Program-made: the position numbers and the translations under genes
In this document: one piece after another, positions 21,982 through 42,454 of the stretch
Layout: every line of letters starts with the position of its first letter
Numbering within the stretch: position 1 is the first letter of the stretch
NCBI RefSeq assembly: GCF_009914755.1
Contig: NC_060943.1
Reading direction: 5' to 3' (one strand)
Length of the DNA: 64,000 bases
Origin: the human T2T-CHM13v2.0 reference genome, Homo sapiens
The notes under the pieces: generated by a model
The model's database searches: none
What the model was told of the DNA's origin: nothing
The model's input: only the letters and a program-made list of their open reading frames with translations

Positions 21982-22259
21982 TCTGAGACCCTGTTTCTAC
22001 AAAAAATAAAAAAATTAAAATTAGTGCTTGGAAAAAAAAATTAGTGCTTGACCAGGAGGCAAGCACACCTCCTCATCCTCTCATGGATGTCTGTCTGTAG
22101 AAAGTAAATGGAGACAGCTTCATTTTACCCAACTGCTCCGTTTTAGGTCCGCTCCTGAGCTTCTGTTGTTCCCAGCCATGCAACCCTGGGAGCCGACTCC
22201 CGGCTGCAGAGCCTTGTCAGAAGCAGGCAATGTACACAGAGACCCAAGGCCTGGTGTAG

Positions 22260-22823
<564 letters not shown>

Positions 22824-22885
22824 TAACATTTCAGTCTCAATTTCCTCAATAGAACAAAAGTTAGAAGAATTGTAACAAAAGATAG

Positions 22886-23101
<216 letters not shown>

Positions 23102-23650
23102 TAGCCAGGATGGTCTCGATCTCCTGACCTCGTGATCCGCTTGCCTCGGCCTCCCAAAGTGCTGGGATTACAGGCGTGAGCCACCATGCCCAGCACAAAA
23201 GATAATTTCTTAATCCCATGCATTTGAGTCTTAAAAAAATATTCTATATAATTCCAAGGTCAAAGAAGAAATAACAAAGGGCATTTTTAAAAATGCTAGA
23301 ACTGAGTGGTGGTGAAATTGCTGTTGAAATGTGTTTGTTGCACTGATGGAAATTTATAAATGTAAATATTTATATTAAAATATAAAATAATGGGCCAGGC
23401 ATAGTGGCTCACACCTGTAATCTCAGTACTTTGGGAGGCCAAGGCGGGAGGGCCATGGAGCCCAGGAGTTCAAGACCGGCCCGGTGTACAAAGTGAGACC
23501 CAGTCTCTAGTTAAAAAAGAGGGGGAGTGGGCCAGGCACAGTGTCTCACACCTGTAATTCCAGCACTTTGGGAGGCCAAAGCAGGTGGATCACCCGAGGT
23601 CAGGAGTCCAAGACCAGCCCGGCCAAGGTGGTGAAACCCCGTGTCTACTA

Positions 23651-23839
<189 letters not shown>

Positions 23840-24309
23840 TTAAAAAAGGTACTGTGGCTGGGCGTGGTGGTTCACACCTGTAATCCCAGCACTTTGGGAA
23901 GCCGAGGCAGGTGGATCTCAGATCAGGAGTTCAAGAAGAGCCTGGCCAGCATGGTGAAAACCTATCTGTACTAAAAATTAGCCTGGCATGGTGGCAGGTG
24001 CCTGTAGGAGGCTGAGGCAAGAGAATTGCTTGAGCCCCGGAGGCAGAGGTTGCAGTGAGCCGAGACCACACCACTGCACTCCAGCCTGGGCAACAGAGCG
24101 AGAGTCTGTCTCAAAAAGGAAACAAAAAAAAAAGTACCTCCAAATTATGGTAGGGTGTCCATATTAAGAAGGTAGAAAAAGGTCGGGGGAAGTGGATGCC
24201 TGTAATCCCAGAACTTTGGGAGGCTGAGGCGGGTGGATCACCTGAGGTCAGGAGTTCAAGAACAGCCTGGCCAAAAGGGTATGGTGAAACCCCATCTCTA
24301 CTAGAACTA

Positions 24310-25105
<796 letters not shown>

Positions 25106-26014
25106 TAGCCAGGATGGTCTCGATCTCCTGACCTCGTGATCCGCCCGCCTCGGCCTCCCAAAGTGCTGGGATTACAGGCGTGAGGCACCACACTGGGCCC
25201 CCTCACTTTCTTATTCTTTCTAGGATAGGCAACTGAGCGCGGCAGTGAAGAGCTGGGCTTCCGGAAGCTGACAGCTGTTTGTGATCTTCAAGACCTCAGA
25301 CAGGTTTTCTAAATATGCCTTGCCTTCATTTTCTCAAGGAAAGTGAAAAATGGGTAGGATCATGGCAATCACTACTGTGTAGCAATGTTTAGAGGACTTA
25401 ATAAGTAAACACAGGGTCAAGCATGGTGGCTCACACCGGAAATCCCAGCACTTTGGGAGGCCGTGGTGGGAAGATTGCTTAAGCCCATGGGGTTGAGACC
25501 AGCCTGGGCAACATAGTGAGACCTCCATCTCTATAAAAAATACAAAAATCTAGTCAGGCGTGATGGCGTATGCCTGTAGCCTTCAGTAAGCTATGATTGT
25601 GCCACTGCACACCAGCCTAGGCGACAGAGTGAGACCCTGTCTCAAAAAGAAAAAACGAAAAGAAATATAGATGTACATATACATATGTTGGTTCTAAAAC
25701 ATGAAAAAGGCTGGGCGCGGTGGTTCGTGCCTGCAACCCAAGCACTTTGGGAGGCCGAGGCGGGCGGATCACGAGGTCAAGAGTTTGAGACCAGCCTGGC
25801 CAACATAGTGAAACCCCATCTCTACTAAAAATACAAAAAAAAGGCTAGGCGCAGTGGCTCATGCCTGTAATCCTAGCACTTTGGGAGGCCGAGGTGAGCA
25901 GATTACCTGAGGTTGGGAGTTCAAGACCACCCTGTCCAACATGGTGAAACCCCATCTCTACTAAAAATAAGAAAATTAGCCGGGTACAGTGGCACGCGCC
26001 TGTAATCCCAGCTA

Positions 26015-26116
<102 letters not shown>

Positions 26117-26411
26117 TCAGTCTCAGAAAAAAAAAAAGCAAAACAAACAAAGAAACATGAAAAAAAGCTATAAAACCCAACTTTTTTCTTTTTTTTTTTG
26201 AGACGGAGTCTCACTCTGTCGCCCAGGGTGGAGTGCAGTGGTGCGGTCTCGGCTCACTGCAACCTCCGCCTCCTGGGTTCAAGCAATTCTCTGCTTCAGC
26301 CTCCCAAGTAGCTGGGATTACAGGCACCCGCCACCACGCCCGACTAATTTTTTGTATTTTTAGTTGAGACGGGGTTTCATCATCTTGGCCAGGCTGGTCT
26401 TGAAGTCCTGA

Positions 26412-26720
<309 letters not shown>

Positions 26721-27179
26721 TAGCCAGGATGGTCTCGATCTCCTGACCTCGTGATCCACCTGCCTCGGCCTCCCAAAGTGCTGGGATTACAGGCGTGAGC
26801 CACTGTGCCCGGCTATATGTTTACAAAATTAATACTGCCAGCCAGGCACGGTGGCTCACGCCTGTAATCCCAGCACTTTAGGAGGCTGAGGCTGGCAGAT
26901 CACCTGAGGTCAGGAGTTTGAGACCAGCCTGGCCAGCATGGCAAAACCCCGTCTCTATTGAAAAAAATACAAAAATTAACCAGGCGTTGTGGCGCATGCT
27001 TGTAATCTCAGCTACTCGGGAGGCTGAGGCAGGGGAATCACTTGAAGCCGGCAGGCGGAGGCTGCGGGGAGCCGAGATCGTGCCGTTGCACTCCAGCCTG
27101 GGGAACAGAGCAAGACTCCATTAAAAATAAAATAATAATAATACTGTGAATGTGAAACTGATGAACTTGGTGCTTTTCA

Positions 27180-27676
27180 TGCGTCTCATAGTTGACGTGT
27201 CATTGATATTTCACTTGAAATACGGTTGGATTTTTATTAATAATATACCTGGGGTGATGGGAGAAGGTAGCCAATCACAGCTGAGGCTTCTAAGCGGTGA
27301 TTCTCAGCCTCGGCCGCAATCACAATTATCTGGGACTCTCGAAAGAACTCCAGGGTCTGGGCAGTCCCAGTGTAACCAATCAAGCAGAATCTCTAGGCGT
27401 TCGTGCTTTGAAATGAGGCTCCACATAGGTAAGTTTAACAGGCAGTCAAGATGGAGGACCACAGGTGGAGATCGGGAAGCTCAGGTGAAGGACCGCCCCC
27501 CAACACCCCCCGCCCCCAAAAGACCTCTCAGTAATTCCGGTGGATACAGGAAGTGCTCAGCAACGATTACGCCCCGAGGGCCAATCACAGGGCTGCGGCC
27601 GAGAAAGAAGCCTTAATAGAGCTTTCTCAACCTGCAGCCCTCATCTCCGCCGGCGAGTAGGGCCAGGTGTTGGGAG
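27180..27676 (+). promoter_or_regulatory. NLRP2: NLRP2 promoter/first exon, distal copy
   Basis: CRE-like tgacgtgtca, three CCAAT boxes, GC box cccccgccccc, ETS caggaagtg, CpG-rich; donors AG|gtaagt after 27428 and GAG|gtgagt after 27676. Confidence 0.75.
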
Positions 27677-27680
27677 GTGA

Positions 27681-27959
<279 letters not shown>

Positions 27960-28418
27960 TAGCCAGGATGGTCTCGATCTCCTGACCTCGTGATCCACCT
28001 GCCTCGGCCTCCCAAAGTGCTGGGATTACAGGCGTGAGCCACTGTGCCCGGCTATATGTTTACAAAATTAATACTGCCAGCCAGGCACGGTGGCTCACGC
28101 CTGTAATCCCAGCACTTTAGGAGGCTGAGGCTGGCAGATCACCTGAGGTCGGGAGTTTGAGACCAGCCTGGCCAGCATGGCAAAACCCCGTCTCTATTGA
28201 AAAAAATACAAAAATTAACCAGGCGTTGTGGCGCATGCTTGTAATCTCAGCTACTCGGGAGGCTGAGGCAGGGGAATCACTTGAAGCCGGCAGGCGGAGG
28301 CTGCGGGGAGCCGAGATCGTGCCGTTGCACTCCAGCCTGGGGAACAGAGCAAGACTCCATTAAAAATAAAATAATAATAATACTGTGAATGTGAAACTGA
28401 TGAACTTGGTGCTTTTCA

Positions 28419-28915
28419 TGCGTCTCATAGTTGACGTGTCATTGATATTTCACTTGAAATACGGTTGGATTTTTATTAATAATATACCTGGGGTGATGGG
28501 AGAAGGTAGCCAATCACAGCTGAGGCTTCTAAGCGGTGATTCTCAGCCTCGGCCGCAATCACAGTTATCTGGGACTCTCGAAAGAACTCCAGGGTCTGGG
28601 CAGTCCCAGTGTAACCAATCAAGCAGAATCTCTAGGCGTTCGTGCTTTGAAATGAGGCTCCACATAGGTAAGTTTAACAGGCAGTCAAGATGGAGGACCA
28701 CAGGTGGAGATCCGGAAGCTCAGGTGAAGGACCGCCCCCCAACACCCCCCGCCCCCAAAAGACCTCTCAGTAATTCCGGTGGATACAGGAAGTGCTCAGC
28801 AACGATTACGCCCCGAGGGCCAATCACAGGGCTGCGGCCGAGAGAGAAGCCTTATTAGAGCTTTCTCAACCTGCAGCCCTCATCTCCGCCGGCGAGTAGG
28901 GCCAGGTGTTGGGAG
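28419..28915 (+). promoter_or_regulatory. NLRP2: NLRP2 promoter/first exon, proximal copy
   Basis: Same motifs as the distal copy; donors after 28667 and 28915. Confidence 0.8.
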
Positions 28916-28919
28916 GTGA

Positions 28920-29174
<255 letters not shown>

Positions 29175-30345
29175 TAGTAGAGACGGGGTTTCACCATGTT
29201 GGCCAGGCTGGTCTCAGTCCGCCTCGGCCTCCCAAGGTGCCGGGATTACAGGCGTGAGCCACCGCGCCCAGCCTTTTTTTTTTTTTTTTTTTTTTTCTTC
29301 TTCTCTTTTTTGAGGGTCTTACTCTGTTTCCCAGGCTGGAGCGCTGTGGCAGGATCTCGGCTCACTGAACCCTTGACCTCTCAGGTTCAAGCAGTCCTCA
29401 CGCCTCAGCCTTTGAAGTAGCTGGGACCGTGGGAGGGTGCCACCACATCTGTTCTGGCTAATAATATTATTATTACCACTGTTTGCAGAGACTCACTAGA
29501 TGTAGGGTCTTAATATGTTGCCGAAGCTGGTCTCTAACTCCTGGGCTCAAGCGATCTTCCTGCCTCAGACTCCCAAAATTCTGGGATTATAGGCAGGTGC
29601 CACCGCGCCCGGCCTAAATCTTTTCTTCTGTTAGAAATTAAGTGGTTCTGCCTGTCTCAGTGGCTCACGCCTGTAATCGCAGCGCTTTGGGAGGCCGAGG
29701 CGGGAGGATCACCTGAGGTCGGGAGTTCGAGACCAGCCTGACCAACATGTAGAAACCCCATCTCTACTAAAAATATAAAATTAGGTGGGCGTGGTAGCGC
29801 ATACTTGTAATCCTAGCTACTCAGGAGGCTGAGGCAGGAGAATCACTTGAACCCGGGAGGCGGAGGTTGCGGGGAGCCTAGATCATACCATTGCTCTCCA
29901 GCCTGCGCAGCAAGAGAGAAACTGTCTCAAAAAATAAAATAAAATAAAATTCAGTGGTTCTGACTGGGGAAAGAGTAGCAGATGCTTAGATCTAGAGAGA
30001 CTCTAGTTAAGGTTGGCTCATAAGAGGATAGTTGTGTGTGCTTTTATTTCTGTTCTCTTGGGGGATTTAGGATAGAGCTATAGAGAGCTCCAAAAAAAAA
30101 AATATATTGGAACAGGTCAGATGCTGTGGTTGCTGTGTGTGGAGTCCTGGGCAGTGCTAAGGTTTTGTGTCTAATGAGTCCTCTTAACAAGAAGGTATTG
30201 TTTTTTATTCACTGAGGTGAGGGAGCCTCTTAGCATCATTCTAGTCCAGCTTCCGGACCTGAGTCTTATGCAAATACCTATGCCAGTTGCCATTCTCACG
30301 CTATTCACAGCTATCATATAAAGAGGTGTTATACCCTTTCTGTAA

Positions 30346-30672
<327 letters not shown>

Positions 30673-30743
30673 TAAAATAGAGACAGGGTCTTAAGTTGCC
30701 AGGCTGGTCTGGAACTTCTGGACTGGAGTGATCACCCACCTGA

Positions 30744-30962
<219 letters not shown>

Positions 30963-31143
30963 TAGAGACAGGGTTTTGCCATGTTGCCCAGGCTGGTCTC
31001 AAACTCCAAGCAATCCTCCCACCTTGGCTTCCCAAAGTGTTTGGGGTTCCAGGTGTGAGCCATGGCCCCCCGGCCAGCTTCAGTAAAGTAAAAGCCACAC
31101 ACCTGTGTCCTGAGACCAGGCTCCACCACTAAGTTATCTTTAA

Positions 31144-31350
<207 letters not shown>

Positions 31351-31708
31351 TAGCCAGGATGGTCTCGATCTCCTGACCTCACGATCCGCCCGCCTCGGCC
31401 TCCCAAAGTGCTGGGATTGCAGGCGTGAGCCACCGCGCCCGGCTGTGTGTTTGCATTATCATATTCAGCCCAGTTTTCACGAAGTTTCTTGTCTCCTGGG
31501 TGATCCACGTAGCTCCCCACTTCCTTATCTGATCTATGCTTGTCCTTTCATTGTTGTGTTACTACTTTGCTATAATGAGAGAGTGTTTTCGCTTTATAGG
31601 TTAACTTTTAGAACCTGAGCAGCCCCTCAGGGAAAACCCTGACAGTAGCTGGTTATTTTGCAATTAGAAAAACTAGCTGGGCACTGAGGCAGGTGAATCA
31701 CGAGGTCA

Positions 31709-32166
<458 letters not shown>

Positions 32167-32457
32167 TCAAGGCTCACTGCAGTTTCAGTCTCCCAGGCTC
32201 AAGCAATCCTCCCACTGCAGCCTCCTGAGTAGCTGGGACTACAGGCATGTACCACCACCCACTGCTAACTTATTTTTCATGGAGATGGGGGTCTCACTAT
32301 GTTGCCCAGGCTGGGAGTTTGTTCTTGAAGAAGCAGGGTAGATGGTGAGTGTCCTTGTTCGTGGCACAGCAGGAACTGGCATTTGAGACAGGAGTGCTAA
32401 TCACCATCCCTCTCCACTCCTCCCTTGATTGTCATCACAGCTCCCACGTGGGACAAG

Positions 32458-32737
32458 ATGGTGTCTTCGGCGCAGATGGGCTTCAACCTGCAGGCTCTCC
32501 TGGAGCAGCTCAGCCAGGATGAGTTGAGCAAGTTCAAGTATCTGATCACGACCTTCTCCCTGGCACACGAGCTCCAGAAGATCCCCCACAAGGAGGTAGA
32601 CAAGGCTGATGGGAAGCAACTGGTAGAAATCCTCACCACCCATTGTGACAGCTACTGGGTGGAGATGGCGAGCCTCCAGGTCTTTGAAAAGATGCACCGA
32701 ATGGATCTGTCTGAGAGAGCAAAGGATGAAGTCAGAG
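32458..32737 (+). CDS. NLRP2: NLRP2 exon 2 coding part (pyrin domain); the exon starts at 32441
   Basis: cacag|ctccc acceptor; aagATGg Kozak context; MVSSAQMGFNLQALLEQLSQDELSKFKYL...KDEVR; donor AG|gtgagt. Confidence 0.97.
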
Positions 32738-33212
32738 GTGAGTGGAAATCGGTCCACACTGTGTCCTAGGAGGAAGCAGGCGTCCTCTCCAGGACTTTAG
32801 AAATTCAGAAGGCCAGGCGCGCTGGCTCACGCCTGTCGTCCCAGCCCTTTGGGAGGCTGAGGCGGTTGGACCACCTGAGGGTCAGGAGTTTGAGACCAGC
32901 CTGACCAACATGGTGATGAAACAGCATCTCTACTAAAAATACAAAAATTTGCTGGACGTGGTGGCAGACACCTGTAATCCCAGCTACTCCGGGAGGCTGA
33001 GGCAGGAGAATCACTTAAATCTAGGAGGCGGGGGTTGCTATGAGCCGAGATCACGCCATTGCACCCCAGCCTGGGCAACAAGAGCAAAATTCTGTCTCAA
33101 AAAAAAAAAGAAATGGCATTGAGGCTTGGAGAGGGACTGCTTGTTCTGAATGCAGGTGCTGGATCTTCATAAACCCTGGTGTCTGTCCTGGTCCTTATTT
33201 TCTACCTACTTC

Positions 33213-34130
33213 TTTTTTTTTTTTTTTTTGTCCTTTTATTTTTTTATTTTTTATTTTATTATTATTATTTTTTTTATTATACTTTAAGTTTTAGGGTACA
33301 TGTGCACATTGTGCAGGTTAGTTACATATGTATACATGTGCCATGCTGGTGCGCTGCACCCACTAACTCGTCATCTAGCATTAGGTATATCTCCCAATGC
33401 TATCCCTCCCCCCTCCCCCCACCCCACCACAGTCCCCAGAGTGTGATGTTCCCCTTCCTGTGTCCATGTGATCTCATTGTTCAATTCCCACCTATGAGTG
33501 AGAATATGCGGTGTTTGGTTTTTTGTTCTTGTGATAGTTTACTGAGAATGATGGTTTCCAATTTCATCCATGTCCCTACAAAGGACATGAACTCATCATT
33601 TTTTATGGCTGCATTGTATTCCATGGTATATATGTGCCACATTTTCTTAATCCAGTCTATCATTGTTGGACATTTGGGTTGGTTCCAAGTCTTTGCTATT
33701 GTGAATAATGCTGCAATAAACATACGTGTGCATGTGTCTTTATAGCAGCATGATTTATAGTCATTTGGGTATATACCCAGTAATGGGATGGCTGGGTCAA
33801 ATGGTATTTCTAGTTCTAGATCCCTGAGGAATCCCCACACCGACTTCCACAATGGTTGAACTAGTTTACAGTCCCACCAACAGTGTGAAAGTGTTCCTAT
33901 TTCTCCACATCCTCTCCAGCACCTGTTGTTTCCTGACTTTTTAATGATCGCCATTCTAACTGGTGTGAGATGATATCTCATAGTGGTTTTGATTTGCATT
34001 TCTCTGATGGCCAGTGATGATGAGCATTTTTTCATGTGTTTTTTGGCTGCATAAATGTCTTCTTTTGAGAAGTGTCTGTTCATGTCGTTCGCCCACTTTT
34101 TGATGGGGTTGTTTGTTTTTTTCTTGTAAA
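33213..34130 (-). mobile_element. 5'-truncated young L1 (L1PA2/3-like), antisense in NLRP2 intron 2
   Basis: ORF 33481..34083 is the ORF2p C-terminus ([19 protein letters not shown]); 3'UTR has GAG rather than the Ta ACA diagnostic; poly(T); TSD ttattttctaccta(c/t)ttc at 33195 and 34131. Confidence 0.95.
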
Positions 34131-34280
34131 TTATTTTCTACCTATTTCTATCGCTTTCAGGTATCGTACAGTTGGCCTAACATATCTGTGGATTTAACCA
34201 ATCCTAGATCAAAAATAATGGGGGCAAAGACAATTAAAAATAACAATACAATAAAATGCACATGAACTATGGTTATTTAA

Positions 34281-34463
<183 letters not shown>

Positions 34464-35332
34464 TAAATAGAGATGGGGTTTCACCATGTTAGCCAGGATA
34501 GTCTCGATGTCGTGACCTCATGATCTGCCCGCCTCGGCCTCCCAAAGTGTTGGGATTACAGGCGTGAGCCACCGCACCCAGCCAGCAAGTGCATTTAGAA
34601 CTACTCTACTTTCTACCCCATAACTTTTTTTTTTGTTTGTTTGAGACAAGTCTCACTCTGTCACCCAGGATGGAGTGCAGCAGCACAATCTCAGCTTATT
34701 GCAACTCCCGCCCCCTGGGTTCAAGTGTTTCTCCTGCATCAGCCTCTTGAATAGCTAGGATTATACAGGCACCTGCCACTGTGCCTGGCTAAATTTTGTA
34801 TTTTAATAGAGATGGGGTTTCACTATGTTGGCCAGGCTGGTCTTGAACTCCTGACCACGTGATCAACCCGCCTCAGCCTCCCAATGTGCTGGAATTACAG
34901 GTGTGAGCCGCCATGCCCAGCTACACTTTTTTTTGAAACGGGGTCTCGTTTTCTTGCTCAGGCTGGAGTACAATGGGGCAATCACAGCTCACTGCAGCCT
35001 TGACCTCCCAGACTTGAGCAATCCTACCACTATGGCCTCCCACCACACCTCGCTCATTCTTGTATATATATATATTTTTGTAGAGATAGGGTTTCACCAT
35101 GTTGCCCAGGCTGGTCTCGAACTTCTGTGGGCTCAACCGATCCTCCTGCCTTGGCTTCCCACAGTCCTGGGATCAGAAACATGAGCCACAGTGCCTGGCC
35201 AGTGCAGCTTTATTTACAGTAACCAAGATATAGAGTCAGTCTAAGTGACCATCAGTGGATGAATAAAAAATGTGCCCGTTGGGTACCCTGCCTACTGCCT
35301 GGGTTATGAGATTGTTGGGACCCCAAGCCTTA

Positions 35333-35680
<348 letters not shown>

Positions 35681-35838
35681 TCAACCTTAAGGAACTCCTA
35701 TCTTTTTATTTAAAAATTGCCAGTTTTATTTCAGCTAGAGATCACTTTTTAGCATAATGTTTCCTGTCTTTAACAATGGGTGAGGGTTTTTTTTGTTTTT
35801 TTTTTTTGGTTTGGTTTGGATTTTGGTTTTGCTTTTGA

Positions 35839-35982
<144 letters not shown>

Positions 35983-36230
35983 TAATTTTTGTATTTTAGT
36001 AGAGACAGGGTTTTACCATGTTGACCAGACTGGTCTCGAACTCCCGACCTCAGGTGATCTGCCCACCTCAGCCTCCCAGAGTGCTGGGATTACAGGTGTG
36101 AGCAACCATGCCCGGCCAAGGGTTTTTAACTTTAGCTGACCTCCGGAGGTTACAAGTTTGAAAACGGCAGGAGGAAACCCAGAGAGTTGTAAACTTACGA
36201 AGGTCTGGGCTCTGAAAAAGATACAAATTT

Positions 36231-36912
<682 letters not shown>

Positions 36913-36943
36913 TGCAAAATTTTCCCCCCTTCTCCTTTTTCAG

Positions 36944-36988
36944 AAGCAGCTTTGAAATCCTTTAATAAAAGGAAGCCTCTATCATTAG
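36944..36988 (+). CDS. NLRP2: NLRP2 exon 3 (45 nt)
   Basis: ttttcag|AAGCAGC...TCATTAG|gtaagt; EAALKSFNKRKPLSL. Confidence 0.92.
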
Positions 36989-37410
36989 GTAAGTTACCTC
37001 ATTTATAACTTTTATTCTTCATGTGAGATCTGGGGACTCGGGCCTTTGTTTTAAGGAGAATGTGCTGAGCACTAAGAATGCAAAGAAATGCCGGACTTAG
37101 CATCCCTGCTCCCAGGGCGGAGCTGGTCTCGCAGGTGCGTAGCAGTAAGACCTGGGAAGCTGAAACACGATCGCGTTTGTTGGAAATCTATAAATACATA
37201 CAAAGCGGGGAAGGGTAAGCTTGGCCTTTGAATCTGGATAAGGTAGAGACTTTTCTTTTTTGAGATGGAGGCTTGCTCTGTCACCTAGGCTGAAGTGCAG
37301 TGGTACGACCTCGGCTGACTGCAACCTCTACCTCCTGGGTTCAAGCAGTTCTCCTGCCTCAGCCTCTAGAATAGCTGGGATTACAGGTACCTGCCACCAG
37401 GCCCGGCTAA

Positions 37411-37727
<317 letters not shown>

Positions 37728-38030
37728 TAGTAGAGACGGGGTTTCACCGTGTTAGCCAGGATGGTCTCGATCTCCTGACCTTGTGATCCGCCTGCCTCGG
37801 CCTCCCAAAGTGCTGGGATTACAGGCGTGAGCCACCGCGCCCGGCCCCTGAAGATTGTGTTTTGAGATGGGGTCTTGCTGTGTTGCTCCGGCTTGATTGC
37901 AGTGGCACAGTCATAGCTCATTGCAGCCTCAACCTTCCAGGCTCCAGAGATCCTCTTACCTCAGCCTCCTGAGTAGCTGGGACTACAGGTGTGCACTGCC
38001 ACACCTGACTAATATTTGTATTTTTGGTAG

Positions 38031-38144
<114 letters not shown>

Positions 38145-38465
38145 TGAAGACTTTTTTTTTTGGACAAAGTCTCACTCTGTTGCCCAGGATGGAATGCAGT
38201 GGCATGATCTCAGCTCACTGCAACCTCTGACCTCCGCCTCCCGGTTCAAGTGATTCTCTTGCCTCAGCCTCCCGAGTAGCTGGGATTATAGGTGTCTGCC
38301 ACCAAGCCCAGCTAATTTTTGTAATTTTAGTAGAGATGGGGTTTCACCATGTTGGCCAGGCTGGTCTTGAACTCCTGACCTCGTGATCCACGTGCCTCAG
38401 CCTCCCAAAGTGTTGGGATTACAGGTGTGAGTCACTGCGCCTGGTCTCATGAAGACCTTTTTTGA

Positions 38466-39064
<599 letters not shown>

Positions 39065-39364
39065 TAACACACCACCATGCCGGCTAATTTTTTGTTTTAG
39101 TAGAGACGGGGCTTCACCATGTTGGCCGGGATGGTCTCGATCTCCTGACCTCATGATCCGCCTGCCTTGGCCTCCCAAAGTGTTGGGTTACAGGCATGAG
39201 CCACCATGCCCGGCTGATTCCACCTTGTTCTTACATTCTTTCCCAGTTCATTTTAAATTTATCTACCTCATCAGAAACTAGGGGGTTAGGCCTGGCAGGC
39301 AGATCACCTGAGGTTGGGAGTTCGAGACCAGCCTGACCAACATAGAGAAACCCTGTCTGTACTA

Positions 39365-39523
<159 letters not shown>

Positions 39524-39584
39524 TCAAAAAAAAAGAAAAACTAGGCAGTTAATCCTCAAAGCCTTTCCAGTGGCCTTATGCGTG

Positions 39585-39591
<7 letters not shown>

Positions 39592-39621
<30 letters not shown>
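39592..39621. repeat. (GT)n microsatellite
   Basis: About 15 uninterrupted TG units. Confidence 0.95.
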
Positions 39622-39623
<2 letters not shown>

Positions 39624-39849
39624 TTTCACACCATGTGTTCTGAACTACTTAGGAATTCTCACCAGAAAGGCACATAAACCTGGGATCATGGCCTAATGTA
39701 CTTTCACTTTTACATCCAGTACCTTATCAACGTCCTTTTTAGTACCTAATCTAGGCTTCACTACTGAGACTCAGGGGTCCAACTTGAGCCATCTTGGAGT
39801 CCCACTGCCAGCACAGCAACAGGCCTGTAATGCCGCCCTTTTTCTCCAG

Positions 39850-39921
39850 GGATAACACGGAAAGAACGACCACCTCTAGACGTGGACGAAATGCTGGAGC
39901 GCTTCAAAACAGAAGCACAAG
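39850..39921 (+). CDS. NLRP2: NLRP2 exon 4 (72 nt)
   Basis: tttctccag|GGATA...CACAAG|gtgggt; GITRKERPPLDVDEMLERFKTEAQ. Confidence 0.92.
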
Positions 39922-40139
39922 GTGGGTGTCAGGACCTCCAATGTTGGAGTCAGCTGAGGAAGCCCCCCGTTCTTGCTGCTATCTCCTGTTCCTTTGAAGA
40001 ACCCCATCTCTCTCCAATCTTTTCCTCCACTATTCTTAATGTGCCCACTGTCTCCTGGAGAATGCCAACCTCCCTTCCGTAAGAATAGAGGGAAGAACGA
40101 ACGTTGCAGAGAATTAGAACTCAGTTTGTAGAAAGTTAG

Positions 40140-40289
<150 letters not shown>

Positions 40290-40691
40290 TGAGTAGCTGG
40301 GATTATAGGCACCTGCCACCACACCCAGCTAATTTTTTTTTTTTTTTTGAGACGAAGTCTTGTTCTTGTCACCCAGGCTGGAGTATAGTGGCACCATCCC
40401 TGTTCACTGCAACCTCCGCCTCCCAGATTCAAGTGATTGTCCTGTCTCAGCCTCCTGAGTAGCTGGGACTACAGGTGCATGCCACCACGCCCAGCTAATT
40501 TTTTTTTGTACTTTTAGTAGAGACAGGTTTCACCATCTCATTCAGGGTGGTCTCAAACTCCTGACCTCAAGAGATCTGCTCCACCCACCCGCAAGTCTCC
40601 CGAAGTGCTGGGATTACAGGCGAGAGCCACCGTACCCGGCCTTCTTTAAATTATTTAAAAGTTGACAGGTGGCCAGGTGTGGTGGCTCTCA

Positions 40692-40993
<302 letters not shown>

Positions 40994-41458
40994 TCAGACA
41001 ACTTTAATATAAACAACTTACAGAGAAAATTGAGTCTTTTGGGTAGGTGACTTGCCTGAGCTGACTTTGTGATAGGTTTTTTCTGTTTTTTTTGTTTTTG
41101 AAATAGAGTCTCACTCTGTCATGCAGGCTGGAGTGCAGTGGCCCCATCTTGGCTCACTGCAATCTCTGCCTCCTGGGTTCAAGGGGTCTTCCTGCCACAG
41201 CCTCCCCAGGTGCTGGGACTATAGGTGCCCACCACTATGCCTGGCTAACTTTTGTGTTTTTAGTACAGATGGGGTTTCAACAGGGTAGCCAGGTTGGTCT
41301 AGAACTCCTGACCTCAAGTGATCCACCTACCTCGGTCTCCTAAAGTGCTGGGATTACAGCTGTGAACCACCGCACCTAGCCTGTGATCAGTTTCAGATCA
41401 GCCTTGCTTACTCCACATTCCCTCTTATCTTCCTGGTAGCATTTTTGTCTTTTCTTGA

Positions 41459-41742
<284 letters not shown>

Positions 41743-41805
41743 TAGCCCACATTGACTTTTGATACAGCAAGTATTTCTTGCTATGGCTCTGTATAATAGA
41801 GGTGA

Positions 41806-42108
<303 letters not shown>

Positions 42109-42316
42109 TGATCCGTCCGCCTCAGCCTCCCAAAGTGCTGGGATGACAGGCGTGAGCCACTGTGCCCAGCCTAGCACACAATCTTGACAAAGAATTTCGG
42201 TGCGACTTGGGGTACTGTGGTGCCTGCTCTATCATCATGCTTCAGCAGGAAATGTGGGTGAATAGTGCCTGGTGGCATGGCAGGTAAAGAAATGTTTTGT
42301 TTTGTTTTTTTTTTGA

Positions 42317-42454
<138 letters not shown>

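Noticed and set aside
25257-25268. Palindrome gcttccggaagc and a nearby GCGGCA (ZFP57 motif)
   Set aside because: Single short motifs in probable old repeat sequence; expected by chance
33481-34083. 200-aa ORF as a gene
   Set aside because: C-terminal fragment of L1 ORF2p in a 5'-truncated element without a promoter
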